A stretch of 64,000 bases of DNA from Ginglymostoma cirratum. Taxonomy: Eukaryota. Both the position numbers and the translations under genes were made by a program. Numbering within the stretch: the first letter of the stretch is position 1; every line of letters begins with the position of its first letter. This document shows positions 1-11,800 of this stretch, in pieces. The notes under the pieces are model-generated. The model was not told where the DNA came from. It worked only from the letters and a program-made list of their open reading frames with translations, and made no database searches. Where the stretch lies: contig JAHRHZ010000025.1 of assembly GCA_024137785.1 (NCBI GenBank), forward strand, positions 33,724,285 through 33,788,284. Reading direction: 5' to 3'.

Positions 1-326
1 GCCCCCTTGACCTGTCCGTCCTCCCTGGACTGACCTATCTCCTCCCTACCCCCCTACCTACACTCACCTTTACTGGCTCCATCCCCGCCTCTTCGACTTG
101 TCTGCCTCCTCTCCACCTATCTTCTCCTCTATCCATCCTCTATCCGCCTCCCCCTCTCTCCCTATTTATTTCAGAACCCTCTTCCCCTCCCCCATTTCTG
201 ATGAAGGGTTTAGGCCCGAAACGTCAAGTTTTCCTGCTCCTATGATGCTGTTTGACCTGCTGTGTTCATCCAGCCCCATGCTTGTTATCTCGGATTCTCC
301 AGCATCTGCAGTACCCTTTATCTCTA
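1..326 (+). mobile_element. Penelope-like element (PLE) 3'/pLTR end, subfamily 1
   Basis: Pyrimidine-rich body, then tctgatgaaggg...cccgaaacgtc and the tail ttttcctgctcc...gatgctg...gacctgctgtgttcatccagc...ccagcatctgcag. A related copy lies on the minus strand at 22200-22296. Confidence 0.8.
191..232 (+). ncRNA. Minimal type I hammerhead ribozyme core (HHR1)
   Basis: CTGATGA (198-204), stem II GGG/CCC (206-217), GAAAC (218-222), GTC cleavage triplet (223-225), loopless palindromic ACGT helix III. Confidence 0.75.
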
Positions 327-790
327 GAAGAACAACACCTCATTTTCCGCTTGGGGACCCTATGGCGCTCTGGACTCAATACTGAGTTCAATAATTTTAG
401 GGCCTAAACTCTCCCACGTCCCAGCCCCCCATCCGACACACCAGGCCTTGTTACCATATAGCCTGCCATTACACACTCCCTGTTGTCAGTCCCCATTAAC
501 AACTATTCACCCTCCCAGCCTGATTTTTAGCAACTCCTTTGTCTGTCCAACTGTCTTTTTCTCTCTTTGGGCCCTATAGTATTGTTTACTCCCTACCCCA
601 CCCACCTCCCTATTTTCTGCATATAAACTGATGTTTTTCCAGCCACCATCAGTCCTGAGGAAGGGTCACCGGACCCGAAACGTTAACTCTGTTTTCTCCT
701 TCAGAGATGCTGCCAGACCTGCTGAGCTTTTCCAGTAACTTTGTTTTTGTTCCTGATTTACAGCATCCACAGTTCTTTTGGTTTTTATTA
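327..790 (+). mobile_element. PLE 3' end, subfamily 2, with C-terminus of the GIY-YIG endonuclease ORF
   Basis: 327-407 translates EEQHLIFRLGTLWRSGLNTEFNNFRA*, matching the PLE ORF end motif (E.HLIF.LGTL.P.GLN). It is followed by a 3' UTR, a hammerhead and the tail gatgctgccagacctgctgagcttttccag...ctgatttacagcatc. Confidence 0.8.
650..690 (+). ncRNA. Minimal type I hammerhead ribozyme core (HHR2)
   Basis: CTGAGGA (655-661), perfect stem II GGGTC-accg-GACCC (663-676), GAAAC (677-681), GTT, and a short stem I agt/act. Confidence 0.7.
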
Positions 791-814
791 TGTCCATTGC
801 TAATTATCTTACTC

Positions 815-1395
815 AGCCATTTCAGAGGGCAGTTTAGAATCATTCGCAGTACTAAACATACAGAGTCACATATTATCGCTGGCAATCACTCGCTAACAAT
901 TATGATTGTCTACCCAGGAACTTTTGTATCACTGGTCATGAGATCTGTGGGTCCTTCTATGCTGATGATTCCAATTCTAGAGCCAATCACATGTTTGGCT
1001 AGTGTTTCCAGAAGGTGGGATTGGTCTTTAGCCTTTAAACTACTTGCATTTCTTTCTCTGGGTCCTTTTCTATACTTTATCTTTCCAACAGATGCTCTCA
1101 AAGAATTGTGTGCCTTCACACAGGAACTTCCTCCAAGTTAGTTTCTTCCGAATCATGTACATGTCAGACCAGATAGAGATCTTAAATTGTCTTTAGTAAA
1201 GGACATTAGCAAACCAGATGGGTTTTAAATGAAACTCAATGGTAGCTCCATCATCACAATTACTGAGACTAATTTTTATTTCCATATATTATCAATTTAA
1301 TTTTCATTGGCCACTATGAGAGGTTTGAGCCCATATTGCCAGAGCATTCATCTGGGCCTCCTGGATTACTCGTTCCTTGACATAAGCATGATGTT
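815..1395 (-). mobile_element. Shark tRNA-derived SINE, split by an RTE fragment
   Basis: Reverse complement matches the + copies at 8875, 26176 and 36714 (gtaatccag...ggttcaaa...catctggtt...ctaatgtccttt). Confidence 0.65.
872..1158 (-). mobile_element. RTE-clade LINE 3' fragment
   Basis: Minus-strand degenerate translation TWRKFLCEGTQFFES...KRTQRK...PPSGNT..TC..GSRIGII.HRRTH resembles the RTE ORF C-terminal zinc-finger end. Confidence 0.55.
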
Positions 1396-1439
1396 ATTTT
1401 CTGTCCCCAACTAATAATGGATAACTATGAATGCTGCCC

Positions 1440-2700
1440 TTTATAGATAAACAATTGCCAGTTTGGACACAGCAAGCTGTCACAATCAGCAACGGGACAA
1501 GTATGACACCAGCATTGAACTCCAACCAGAAAAATTATAGCAGGTCCAGGCACAATTGGCAAATGCACATCAAGATTTTGCTATTGTAATTCAGCAGACA
1601 GAGCAAATTCAAAAGGGTATCAGAGAAGGCAAAGCGAGGGCCAAGAAAAGATTGGTTTCTGTAAAGGCCTTACAGGCATGAAGGAGAGTCAGTGTGCGTA
1701 AATAGTGGCTAATTCTTAATTTGTGTATTAAAGTACGTGTATCTAGTACTGTTCAGCTTATTGACCTGCATAATGAGGATAATATATAGACTATTATTGC
1801 CCGTGTTTGATGGGAAACTCAGATACTCAGTGAGTTGGGCCATCCATCTGAGACTTAACATACGTCTGCACAAGAGCGTGGTCTGACCCTGTGATCCCAT
1901 TTTTGTTCAATGCTTCAATAGATCAACAGGAGCAACTGTGGTCAAGCAAACATGAGTCCTAAATTGGACATCCGAAATTGATTGTGCCTAGCTGCAAATT
2001 AGCCAAACTAAATTCCACAGCAGCCAGCAGCTATCGGCAGTAGACAATAGTTGAAACCAAGGTCAAAGACGTCACAAAGGTTCAGGGGAACCAACTGCAA
2101 CCAGCCGGAGGATTGTGTGTTGGAGAAATATCGATAAGATTTTCTGGCACATTGACTTTCTTCTTCATTGGCTGCCTGAGGATGTGCACTTTATACCTCC
2201 CTAGCATGGCAACAGTGATGGATGTTGGTGCAACCCCATTGGATATTTTGAACCCAGCTCACGACCCCATTGGCCAAAAGGCCACAGACATTCTGGAAGG
2301 TCCAGGATGGGAGTGAGGAAACACAAACCTGGAAGCCAGCCTATCAATGAAGACTCGCAGCCAAACTCATGCAGCAACCCAAGAAGACCCAGGAGAAGAT
2401 CTACCCTGACCTTTGAGACCCATCGTCCTGAAAGAGACCGCTGGCCCTATGTCAGAGAAGGAGATACCAATGGCCCAGCTCCAACACGTGGATCATTGTT
2501 GGTAATATCCTGTTGCAGATGGATAGAGTTAGAGAGTAAATATTGTAGGAGTTTGGGAAATCTTCAAATGTCACTTTAAATAAGGAATATTTAGCTAATT
2601 AAATCGAGTTGACCCCAAACCAAATTTCTGCATCCCAGTGTCCAGCTCATCATCAACAGCGATTGAGTAAAGTATTTTTTACTAGATAACCTGGTCAAAG
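1440..2700 (+). mobile_element. Degenerate ERV-related segment, copy 1
   Basis: 1660-2270 aligns by eye with 52295-52880 (direct). 1940-2010 and 2290-2570 align with 11000-11110 and 10690-10985 (inverted), e.g. WPYVREGDTNGPAPTRGSL vs QPYVRDEGDSNGPAQTHGSL. Confidence 0.65.
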
Positions 2701-2904
2701 TGTCCAAAGCACTGACAACAACTCTGTTCTCTGATGCCAGACAGCTCTGTCTGTCTTCCTCAGCCCCATTCTCAGTATATATCTGTGTTCTGGAAGATAC
2801 TTGACATGGAACTCCAATGCTGCCCTTTGGAATAATTCTTTTCCCTTTCCTGAGGTGTGGTCATGTCCAGCATTGGACTGCAAGCCCCGTTTGACCTTGA
2901 AATG

Positions 2905-3205
2905 AGTGGCTTGCTGTGTCCATTTTGAATGGCAGTTAAGGTTCAAGCATATTGTATTCAGCCAGGTATCACATGTGGAGCAGAGTTGATAAGGAGGTCA
3001 GATTTCCTTCCCTAAAGACCGTAAGTGAGTCGGGAAGGTTTTTAGACAACAGTCTAGGATAGCTGTCATTACTGAGACTAGCTTTAGTTTCCAGATGTAT
3101 TGATTGAAGGCAAATTTCACCAGCTATGATGATAGGATTTGATCTCATACACCAAAAGCATTTACATGGGCCTTCAGATGACTAGTTCAGTGACATTCTT
3201 ACACT
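2905..3205 (-). mobile_element. Shark tRNA-derived SINE
   Basis: cagatttccttccctaaag...tgagactagcttt...actagttcagtgacatt matches the family in reverse. Confidence 0.65.
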
Positions 3206-5505
3206 TCTGCTTTACTAAACTCCATCAATTGCAGATGCTCTAATGAACTGCTAATCAGTTATTGCCTGTAACAAATACCCATGAGGGAGGGAAATATTAT
3301 GTAAACTATACCTACCTATGCAGGATGCACGTCTGTCCAGACTTTCCATTTTCTTCATTGACAAACCCTACTCGCTTTTAACACCTCTTGCCTCTTTTTG
3401 TGTTCTGCCATTATTAAAACACATCTGACTTTATTTGTCAATATGTACATGGTGCTCAGAAAGGAAAGTAGTGCACCTTTACAGGAAGCACTCAGCCCAA
3501 TTGCCCACTGAGTTCTCTGCCCTATATGGGGACACATGTTTCTGGTATATCTTTGTTACACTCACAGCATGGCCTCAGGGGAGGTGGAGGTAGCCTCCAC
3601 CTTATCTTATCTTAACCTGTAAGGAAAATGAAGTAGAAACACTAGAGGTATTTTCTCTGGTGGACATCCTTCACCTTGAGGTGTTCATGAGGTCATCTGA
3701 TTTATCATAGTGACAGCTTCCATAATTTTGCTGTGCTCTACATGTGCTCTCACTGTCGCAGGACCTAAGGGGTTTTAATGAGCTGATGGTGCCCCATAAA
3801 GGGTGGCACCCAAATTCTCCTTGGTGACAATATCTGCCTTTGGCTCGTGCTCCAGATGGTTATTGTGGGACACCAGCTGGGTCACATCTCTCAAATACCT
3901 CCAAGTCGCCAGCTCGACTGACCAGTCCATGCTATATAGTGTGGGGGCATATCCTGTCTACAAGAATGTATAGTCCCTTCATGCCCTCTGACTGTTGAAA
4001 CATGTGACTCTCCATAAGGTTGGCCACATTCTCAATGGAGGAGCTTATGTGATCAGAGCCCCGGACCATGATTCACATGAGCTGGATGGACTCTGTCATT
4101 CTCTGTGAAACATTTCACACTGCATCGGGGAGCTCTGGCATGTGCAAGCATATCTGTTACTGCTGGTCTTGCTTAAACCTCCATTTTCAGTTACTCCTGA
4201 CACCCTGTGTCCAGCTGAGAAAGGTCATGTCCCTGCTCCCTCGCCTGAGGCATACTGTGCCGAGCTGTCTCTGACTCTGGCACCATCTCCTGTACACTGA
4301 TGTCATACTCATCACCCAGTGCCTGCCTATCTTACCATAAAAATAGCATAAGAAGATTGGAAAAGGATCAGACCATTCAGCCCATTGAGTCTGCTCCACC
4401 ATTTAATAGGATCATAACTGATTAAATACTTCAATGTCTTTTATCCACACTACCTCCATTAGTCCCTTCGCACATCTACATTTTCCAAGTTCTCATGATC
4501 TAAGAAAGTAGATAACCTTTCATTTTCCATATTTTATTCTTTCTGCCATGAGCTTGCTTAATCAATAAGCCTATCCAAATCCTCCTTAGAAATGTTTTAC
4601 ATCCTCCTCACAGCACACATTCCTGCATATCTATCACCATATGCAAATTTGTATATGTTGCATTTGATCCCCATTTCAAATCATCAATATATATTGTGAA
4701 CAGCTCGGGTCTAAGTACTGATCCTTATGGTATGCCATTAAGACACAGTCTGCCATGATAGGAATGGTGGGGTTATTCCGACTTTCTGATTTTTGACTGT
4801 TAGTTAATTCTTAAACCAGTAAATGTGTTTTAATATTTCTAACCAACTTCCTGTGGGGTATCTTATCAAATGCCTCCTAAAAATGCATATATACCCTATC
4901 CATTAACTCTCTTTTATCACTTTTAGGAGTAACATTGTCAAAAATCGCTAACAGGTTTGTCAAATACGATATTCTATCTGTAAACCATGCTGATTATGTC
5001 CAGTCAGATCACTTTTATCCAACTGACATTTGTTGTGTCCTAATACATGCTAGCATTTTCCCTTCTACTGATGTAAAGCTGCCATGTTAATAGTCACTGT
5101 GACTTCCCATGTTCTTTGCTTAACTATTTATATTTCACATTTACAATCTACAGGACTCGTTCCACAATCTGTGGAATTTCATTGATTACCTCTATGGCCA
5201 CCTCTTTCAACACTTTATGATGTAGACCATCAGGACCACATTTGCTGTATTCAAACCTTTCCTTCTTAAGCAACTGTAGAAGCTTTTACAGTCTGATTTT
5301 GTTTTTGCTTTGGTAGATTGCATTCGTTCTTTCCTTATCTGTTTCTTGGTCTTCCTTTCCGATATTCTAAAACCTTCCCAATTCTCAGATTTATTACTAT
5401 TTGTGGCCACTTCATAAGCCTTCTCCTTTCATCTTTTACAATCCTTAAATCACTTTTTCAGTCACGGTTAACTGCCTCTTTCAATTTTTGTACTTTGATG
5501 GAAAG

Positions 5506-5850
5506 AATAGTTCATGGAATCCCTGCAGGGTGGAAGCAGGCCATTCACTCCATCAAGTCCACACGGACCCTCTGAAGAGCATCCCACTTAAATTCACCCT
5601 ATCCCTGTAATCCTACATTTCCATTGGCTAATCCACCTAGCCTGCAGATCCATAGACACTATGGGCAATTTAGCATGGCCAGTCCACCTAACCTGCACAT
5701 CTTTGGACTATGGGAGGAAACCAGAGCACTTGGATGAAACCCACGGAAGTACAGGGAGAATGTGCAAATGCCACACAGACAGAGAGTGGAGTCAAACCCA
5801 GGTCCTTGGTGCCGTGAGGGATTCGTGGTAACCACTGAACCACTGTGCCA
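5506..5850 (-). mobile_element. HE1-type V-SINE
   Basis: Reverse of ggcacagtggttcagtggtta...tgtggcatttgcacattctccc...caaagatgtgcaggttaggtggactggccatgctaaattgccc, with a CR1-like tail. Confidence 0.85.
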
Positions 5851-6057
5851 GCCAGTTGTTGTAAGCAATCCAATAGCTCTTTAAGGAATGTCCATTGTAT
5901 GCGAACACCCACACCTTTTAATGTATTTTCTCAATGTACCTCAGTTAACTCGTGTCCTATGCTTTCATAATTTCCCTTGCTCAAATTTAAAATCCTTGAT
6001 TCAAATTGAACTATCTCAACTTCAGTCGTAATGTAAAATTTTATAATTTGTGGTCAC

Positions 6058-7016
6058 TGTTACAGAGAGGTGGTTGACACCTGTCTGATTATTAAAACCA
6101 AAACACCCACAGAAGTTCGACTCGCCTCGTCATTTGTTAAATGAAGTCTGAAAAGTGGTGTAACCTGCTTCTCAAACCCAATCTGTTATAAAGGAGTGGT
6201 TAAATGAAAGAAATCCCTGAATCTCGCTTTATAAACAACACGTAACAATTTATTTTTCTAACTCCAACAGTAAACAAATTAACAGAACCTACTAACAAAC
6301 CAAACATTTCCCCTTTAGCTTCTAACTATTCATGAATAAATAAAATTCCATTGGTGTGCTGTTCCAACAAATACAAATTTCCATTATATAAACCAAAGAA
6401 AGAAGAAAAATCAATTAAAACTTATTCTCTCAAAATTACAGCCAGTATAAGTTTTCCAGAACACTCCGCACCCTCCCCTGATCCTCAGTCAGGAATGCCT
6501 TTATCTGTCAAATTCTCATGGCAGGAATATTATGTAAGAGTATCACTGTACCTTTCGTTGAGATGATGGTTTCCTGAGAGCTTAGAGAATTCTGTGAGAG
6601 CCACTGATTCTTTCTTTTATAGCTGAGAGCTTTTCTCTTGACTGATGACAATTGACTCTCACTCAGATTTTAAAATGGCCTCTTCTTTTATACCCTTGAT
6701 GACATATCAATTTCTTACAATATGGTTGGTTCTAAGTTATCAAATCCATCAGGTTTAAGGTTAATTGGGTTTTGGTATCCAGGCCCTGGTTTAAATTAAT
6801 TGACTAAGTTCAAAAACTTGTTGTCTTGGTAAAAATGCTGTTTTGCCTACTATCAGTATAGCCTTTTGATACAAATGTTTCGATTATAGGAACTCTCTGT
6901 GCATCTGCTGCTGCCTGCAGACAGCCTAAAAAAACATCATCCTTTAAAGGGACCGTGCATTCTTCCCCTCCCCCACCATTTTACAAACATCAAATACTCT
7001 ATCCAACTTTGCAACA
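6058..7016. mobile_element. Solo LTR (about 960 bp) inserted in CR1
   Basis: Ends TGTTACAGAG...CTTTGCAACA (8/10 inverted match), flanked by gtcac (6053-6057) and gtcat (7017-7021). The CR1 sequence is continuous across it. Confidence 0.65.
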
Positions 7017-7140
7017 GTCATTCATCCTTAAAGTTTCTTTTACAGTAAGACCATTAATTATCCCTTATTCATTACACAAAACCAGATCCAAAATAGGCTG
7101 CTCTCTAGTCAGCTCTTCAACTTGCTGCTGTAGAAAACAT

Positions 7141-7245
7141 TGACTGCAGCAAGTTCAAGAAGGCAGCTCACCACCACCTTCTCAAGAACGAGGGACAGGC
7201 AATAAATGCTAACCTACTCAGCAATGCTCACACCCTTTAAGCAAA
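7141..7245 (+). mobile_element. LINE/SINE shared 3' tail fragment
   Basis: actgcagc..gttcaagaaggcagctcaccaccaccttctcaag...ggcaataaatgct; a reverse copy lies at 61545-61800. Confidence 0.6.
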
Positions 7246-7869
7246 TTTTAAAACGTCAACTCAAGGTCCTTCATATTCAAAAGAATTAATAAATCATAGA
7301 ATTTTTTAAAAGTAAGTTATCTTGATTCATGTGTTCTTTATACATTTAGTCTTGTCTTGTTGTTTCTAACTCATAACAGACAATGGAAAACTTGCTTTCT
7401 GTTAATTAGTGACCAGTCATCAGAAGTGACATTATTTACTTTGTTATGGAAAGTGTTTCCTACACAGTAAATAATTTTTCATTTGGGACATGAGTGCAAA
7501 GTAAGTCACTGCAAGGAGACACAAACAGAACTGGATAACAGGCAAGCAAATGGTGTTTCTTTCTTCACCACAATGAAGACTAAGCCAATAAATCTGTTGA
7601 GAATGAGTGGCGGTGATGTTTTTCCCCCATCTTTCACCTGTAAAGAAGTATCAAGCTCCCTTCAATTAAAGCCTTTAGTATTTTTGTCTTGGCTCTGGGG
7701 CAAGCGGTGAAGAAATGTCTAAATACCAAAAGGATTAAACATTCAGTTGAAAACAACTTCTCCTCACACAGCAGTAACTTCTAAAACTTCTGTCATCTAC
7801 TTGCAGACAGAGTGTTATATCACTATTGGAAAGGTATTTCTATTGCCCTGGTTTTGATATTGCCTAAAA

Positions 7870-7967
7870 CAATGTAAGCCTGTAGACAACACTTTTCACC
7901 GTATTTTGTAACAAAATACACGTGACGATAAATAAATTAAATTAAATCAAATCAAATCAAATCAAAG
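7870..7967 (+). mobile_element. Rex1/Babar-like LINE 3' tail with (TCAAA)n
   Basis: ttttcaccgtatttt...cacgtgacgataaa plus pentamer repeats; the same tail motif occurs at 28915-28953. Confidence 0.55.
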
Positions 7968-8874
7968 ACTTAGCTGTGGATATGCTAAATTAGGATAGGA
8001 GTCAACCTTCTACAGCGTGCTCATAAAATTTATTGAAACAAACACTGATTGCCTCAAAATCTCTTGGTATACACACATGGGAATTGACTGGTGTTTAAGG
8101 GAACATGTTTTATTTAATGCATCTATGTTTCTGCTAGTTTAAGATTGAAAAATAGTTACATGGGGATTAACAAATAACATATTCTCACTTACTAATTTCT
8201 CTCTTCAGTTATATATAACTTGTGAATTTCGTCACCAAGATCAGGGTATCACTTCCTTATGCTGACTGATTTGAGTGTTTTCTTGTGTGTCTTCTATTTT
8301 GGGAAAGGGCATATTGCATATTTCCAAAGGCTGACAGTTTTAGTTGCTCAGCTTCATCTTTGGGCTTTATACAGCAATTTGCCTTCATGCCTTCTGATCT
8401 ATACTCAATTTGTTATAACAGTACTTGTATACGATACAAGAGTCATTGTCATTTTCCTCCGATACCTTGAATTCAAGAAAAATCAATTATTCAGTCAGGT
8501 GGAAGCTTCCAATTTCGTTTCATGGTCTGATTGCATCAGAGCCAAGAAATTAAATCTCCATATCAGCCCACCTTCAAATTTCAACAGCCAAGGTCAATTC
8601 AGTCTTAAATTTCAACTATATCCACCATTTCTAATCAACAGCAAAAAATTCTATAGTATCTTGTTAATTTGCTAAGATGTTGATGGAGAAGAAAGGCTCA
8701 AACCTTGCAATAACTTTCAAAGAAATCAATTTCTTGGCAAATAGGAATGAAATTTTGGCTAGCTTTGCTGTAAGTTTTGTTTGATTTTAATGACCTACTA
8801 TAACAAACCATCCCTCTCATTATCCTTCCAATTCCATGCTTCTCATCTTTGGAACTGAAGCTATTAGAGGTCTA

Positions 8875-9243
8875 GCTGTAATGTTAGTGGGCTCTTAATT
8901 CAAAGACTCAGGCTAATACTCTAGAGATGCAGGTTGAAATCCCACCATGGCAACCAATCAAATTTCGATGGAATAAAAAATAGAATTGAAAGCTACTGTC
9001 AGTAATAGTGACCACAAAACTATGATCGATTGTCGTAACAAGCCATCAGAGTCAGCAATCTCCTTTACAGAAGGAAGCCTGCTACCATTAAATGGTCTAG
9101 CCTTCATGTGTTTCCAGGCACACAGAAAAATGGTTGACTCTTAAGTCCTAGCAAGCAAGCAAGCAGATTAAGAGCAATTGGGCAACAAATGGGCAAAAAT
9201 GTTGGCCTTGCCTACGATACTTGCATCCTGTGAAAGAATAAAA
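8875..9243 (+). mobile_element. Shark tRNA-derived SINE
   Basis: B-box-like ggttgaaatcccaccatggca, body gtgaccac...atcgattgtcgtaa...tggttgactcttaa, tail gggcaaaaatgttggccttgcc. Confidence 0.75.
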
Positions 9244-9499
9244 CCATCTTCAGGTGTCTAGTCACCTCCTTGTAATACCCTCTGCCATGTCTAATTAGAA
9301 AATAAAAAATCTATTATAAATACATTGTTCATCATTCATCTTATTTTTTTCCTTAACATAAAGGGTTACTAGCTTTAAGTGAAGAGAGCATCATCTGCGA
9401 AATTTGGTTATATGAAATCAGAACCTGAGGAAAGAATGGAGTCCTAATGGAGTCCTACTAAAGTCTGCCTCTGCAATCGTCAATTCACGTTCAATAGTT

Positions 9500-11800
9500 T
9501 GCACTATCCTGGTTTATGGATCAAGCAAGGGATTGATGACCCTTTGAATGCAACGAATTTAGTGGTTGTCAGTTGTAACATGGAGTTCCAACGATCCTGT
9601 TGCAAGCCATTCAGAATTTGTATTGGTAAGATAGTTGCACTTACTCCTCCGCCAATGTCACTTCTCAGGGTGTGTTTGCCAGTTTTCTTTGACATATGGT
9701 ATGAATTAGGGCAAAAAGCTTTGAGTTGGTTGATTTCATCCATAAATGTGTGGCATTCCAGATGTGAAAAGCCTATTCGTCATCTCGTCGGAAATTGTTC
9801 CAGTTTGGGGCTTGAATCAGGTCTGTCTTGCCATGAACTTTGTGTATCAGCTTATGTTTATGCAAGCCTCTAGAGCATTCCTTGTTTCTCTTACTTGTGT
9901 CCTGTTTGGAGTGATAAGAGCTCAACATGTAAATGAACCAAGTACCTGTACCTCTTCAGATGACCACAGACCACAGGCTTTCTGTACTGTAGCACTCCAG
10001 ACACAGACTACATTGAAAGATTATTCTCCATTGTATATAATGGTTCTACGATAAATAACATATCAAGTTCTTACGAGTAAATGGAATCTATGTACCTAAT
10101 TTGTGTTACATTTAGAATACACAAGAATATTGTTATATTATGTATAACTGGGATCTTTTTTAAAGTTACAAATAAAATGTGCCCTGTTGTAGCCTTTGTC
10201 TGCATCTTTGGAGTTAGATGTCTTGTATAGGTAGGCTCAGGGTCCTTTGGAACTGCAGGATTACACTGATCTTTGATTGTAGGACAACTTCACATTGTAT
10301 GTAACAGATTGCACTTGCCACAGAGCTTACATGGTTTTTGTGTTCTGGGTACAGTGGCAAAACTGCTTGCTGTACCTCATGCTTGCACATGCTGTTATCC
10401 AGCTACAGTGGATCCAGTGAATCAATGTTGCGGCCTTGCTTTCTTCCCAAGGGAACTTTAAATTTGATATGTTCTGAAGCAATCTATAACTCCATAATCC
10501 ACTTTGATAATCCAGCTTCTGAAAAGTCCCATTCATTGCCCTTGTTATGGCATTATCCATGCTTTGGCTATCTCAACAAAAAAGTACTTTACCCAACTGC
10601 TCTTGCTGGTGAGGTGGACAAAGGGACACAGAATTCAGTTTATGATTCAATTTGATTTGATTAACAATATATTCCTTATTAAACACACCATATGAGCATT
10701 TTCCTAATTCCCACAATACATACTCTCTACCTGGTTCTATCCATCTGGGAAAGGATGTTGCCCACAATGATCCATGTGTTTGAGCTGGGCCATTGGAATC
10801 TCCTTCATCTCTGACGTAGGGTTGGCTCTCTTTTATGAAGGTGGGTCCCACAGATCAGAGCGGATCATCCCCTGGGTTTTCTTGGGTTGCTGCCTGGTCT
10901 TCTGCCCTGAGTCTTGCTACGAGGCTTCACTGAGGGGGTGGCTTCCAGGTCTGTGTTTTTATCCTCCTCACCTCGGACCTTCCTGAATATTCTCTGGCCT
11001 CACATCTGCAGTTTAATTTAGTTTGGCCACTTTCCTGTTCGGCTCTATTTCTCTGCCTGTGGGTCTATTTAGAAATGTCCAATTTTGGACCCATGATTGC
11101 TTGACCACAATGACTTCCACTGACAAACTGATCGATTAATTCCTGTGGCTTTTGCTTCTGAGATATCAATGTTTATATCTCTCACATTTTTGGAGATGTA
11201 AGGTTCCCCTTTAGATCTGGTCTCAGGGCACTGTTAGTGGAGTTAAGGTAGTCACAATTCTGTCAAAGCTAGTGACCTGAGATGAAAACGGTTGGTAATG
11301 AAAAAGCTCAGCATGTCTGGTGTTAGCAGTAGAGAGAGAAACAAAGTTAACGTTTTGAGTCTTGTTGTGTTTATCACCTTTGCAGTGATAAAAGATGTTA
11401 TTATTTAGTCTTTTCACTTGTCTTTACACACTTTCTGCATTTTTTACACTTAGTTTTCCTTTCTATTTTGGTTTAAAACTGGTTTTAGGACTTGTTCTGT
11501 TGGTTCTATTCTGGTCCTGAATGCAGTCCACTTACTTATTTCTTATTGCTTAAATTCTGGCAAATTTTCACTTTGTTCAGTGGGAGGCTGACACCAGACC
11601 ATTTTTAAAGTTTGAAATAGCCTTTAGGTGGGTCAGGTTTAAATCAGCCGGATGCCTGCAAGAGCCTGGCTGAGACACTCTCAGTTTGTGAAAAACTCTT
11701 ACTCTCTTTTTGTTTTCTACACTGTAGGAATCTCTGGATTGCCAATATATTTTGTTTTAGCTGCACCCCTTGGCCTTCAAGCATGTTAAGCTGGTTTGTT
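9500..11800 (-). mobile_element. Degenerate ERV remnant, copy 2 (shared segment plus Cys-rich env-like region)
   Basis: Homologous to 1940-2570 and 52557-52660. Broken minus-strand frames contain MDNAITRAMNGTFQKLDYQSGLWSYRLLQNISNLKFPW and CVWSATVQKACGLW...FTC.ALITPNRT...ACINIS with several N-x-S/T sites. The env assignment is inference. Confidence 0.5.

Larger units (their letters stand above)
4345..7140 (-). mobile_element. Old CR1 LINE (3' end, RT, endonuclease parts) interrupted by an HE1 SINE and a solo LTR
   Basis: CR1 3' tail at 4345-4430. Minus-strand D.VYMHF*EAFDKIPHRKL near 4840-4900 (RT domain) and a KFA motif near 4645. Sequence resumes at 5855-6057 and 7017-7140. Confidence 0.7.

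Noticed and set aside
707-1141. 144-aa hydrophobic membrane-protein-like ORF
   Set aside because: It runs across a PLE tail, a SINE and the antisense strand of an RTE fragment, and has a non-ATG start.
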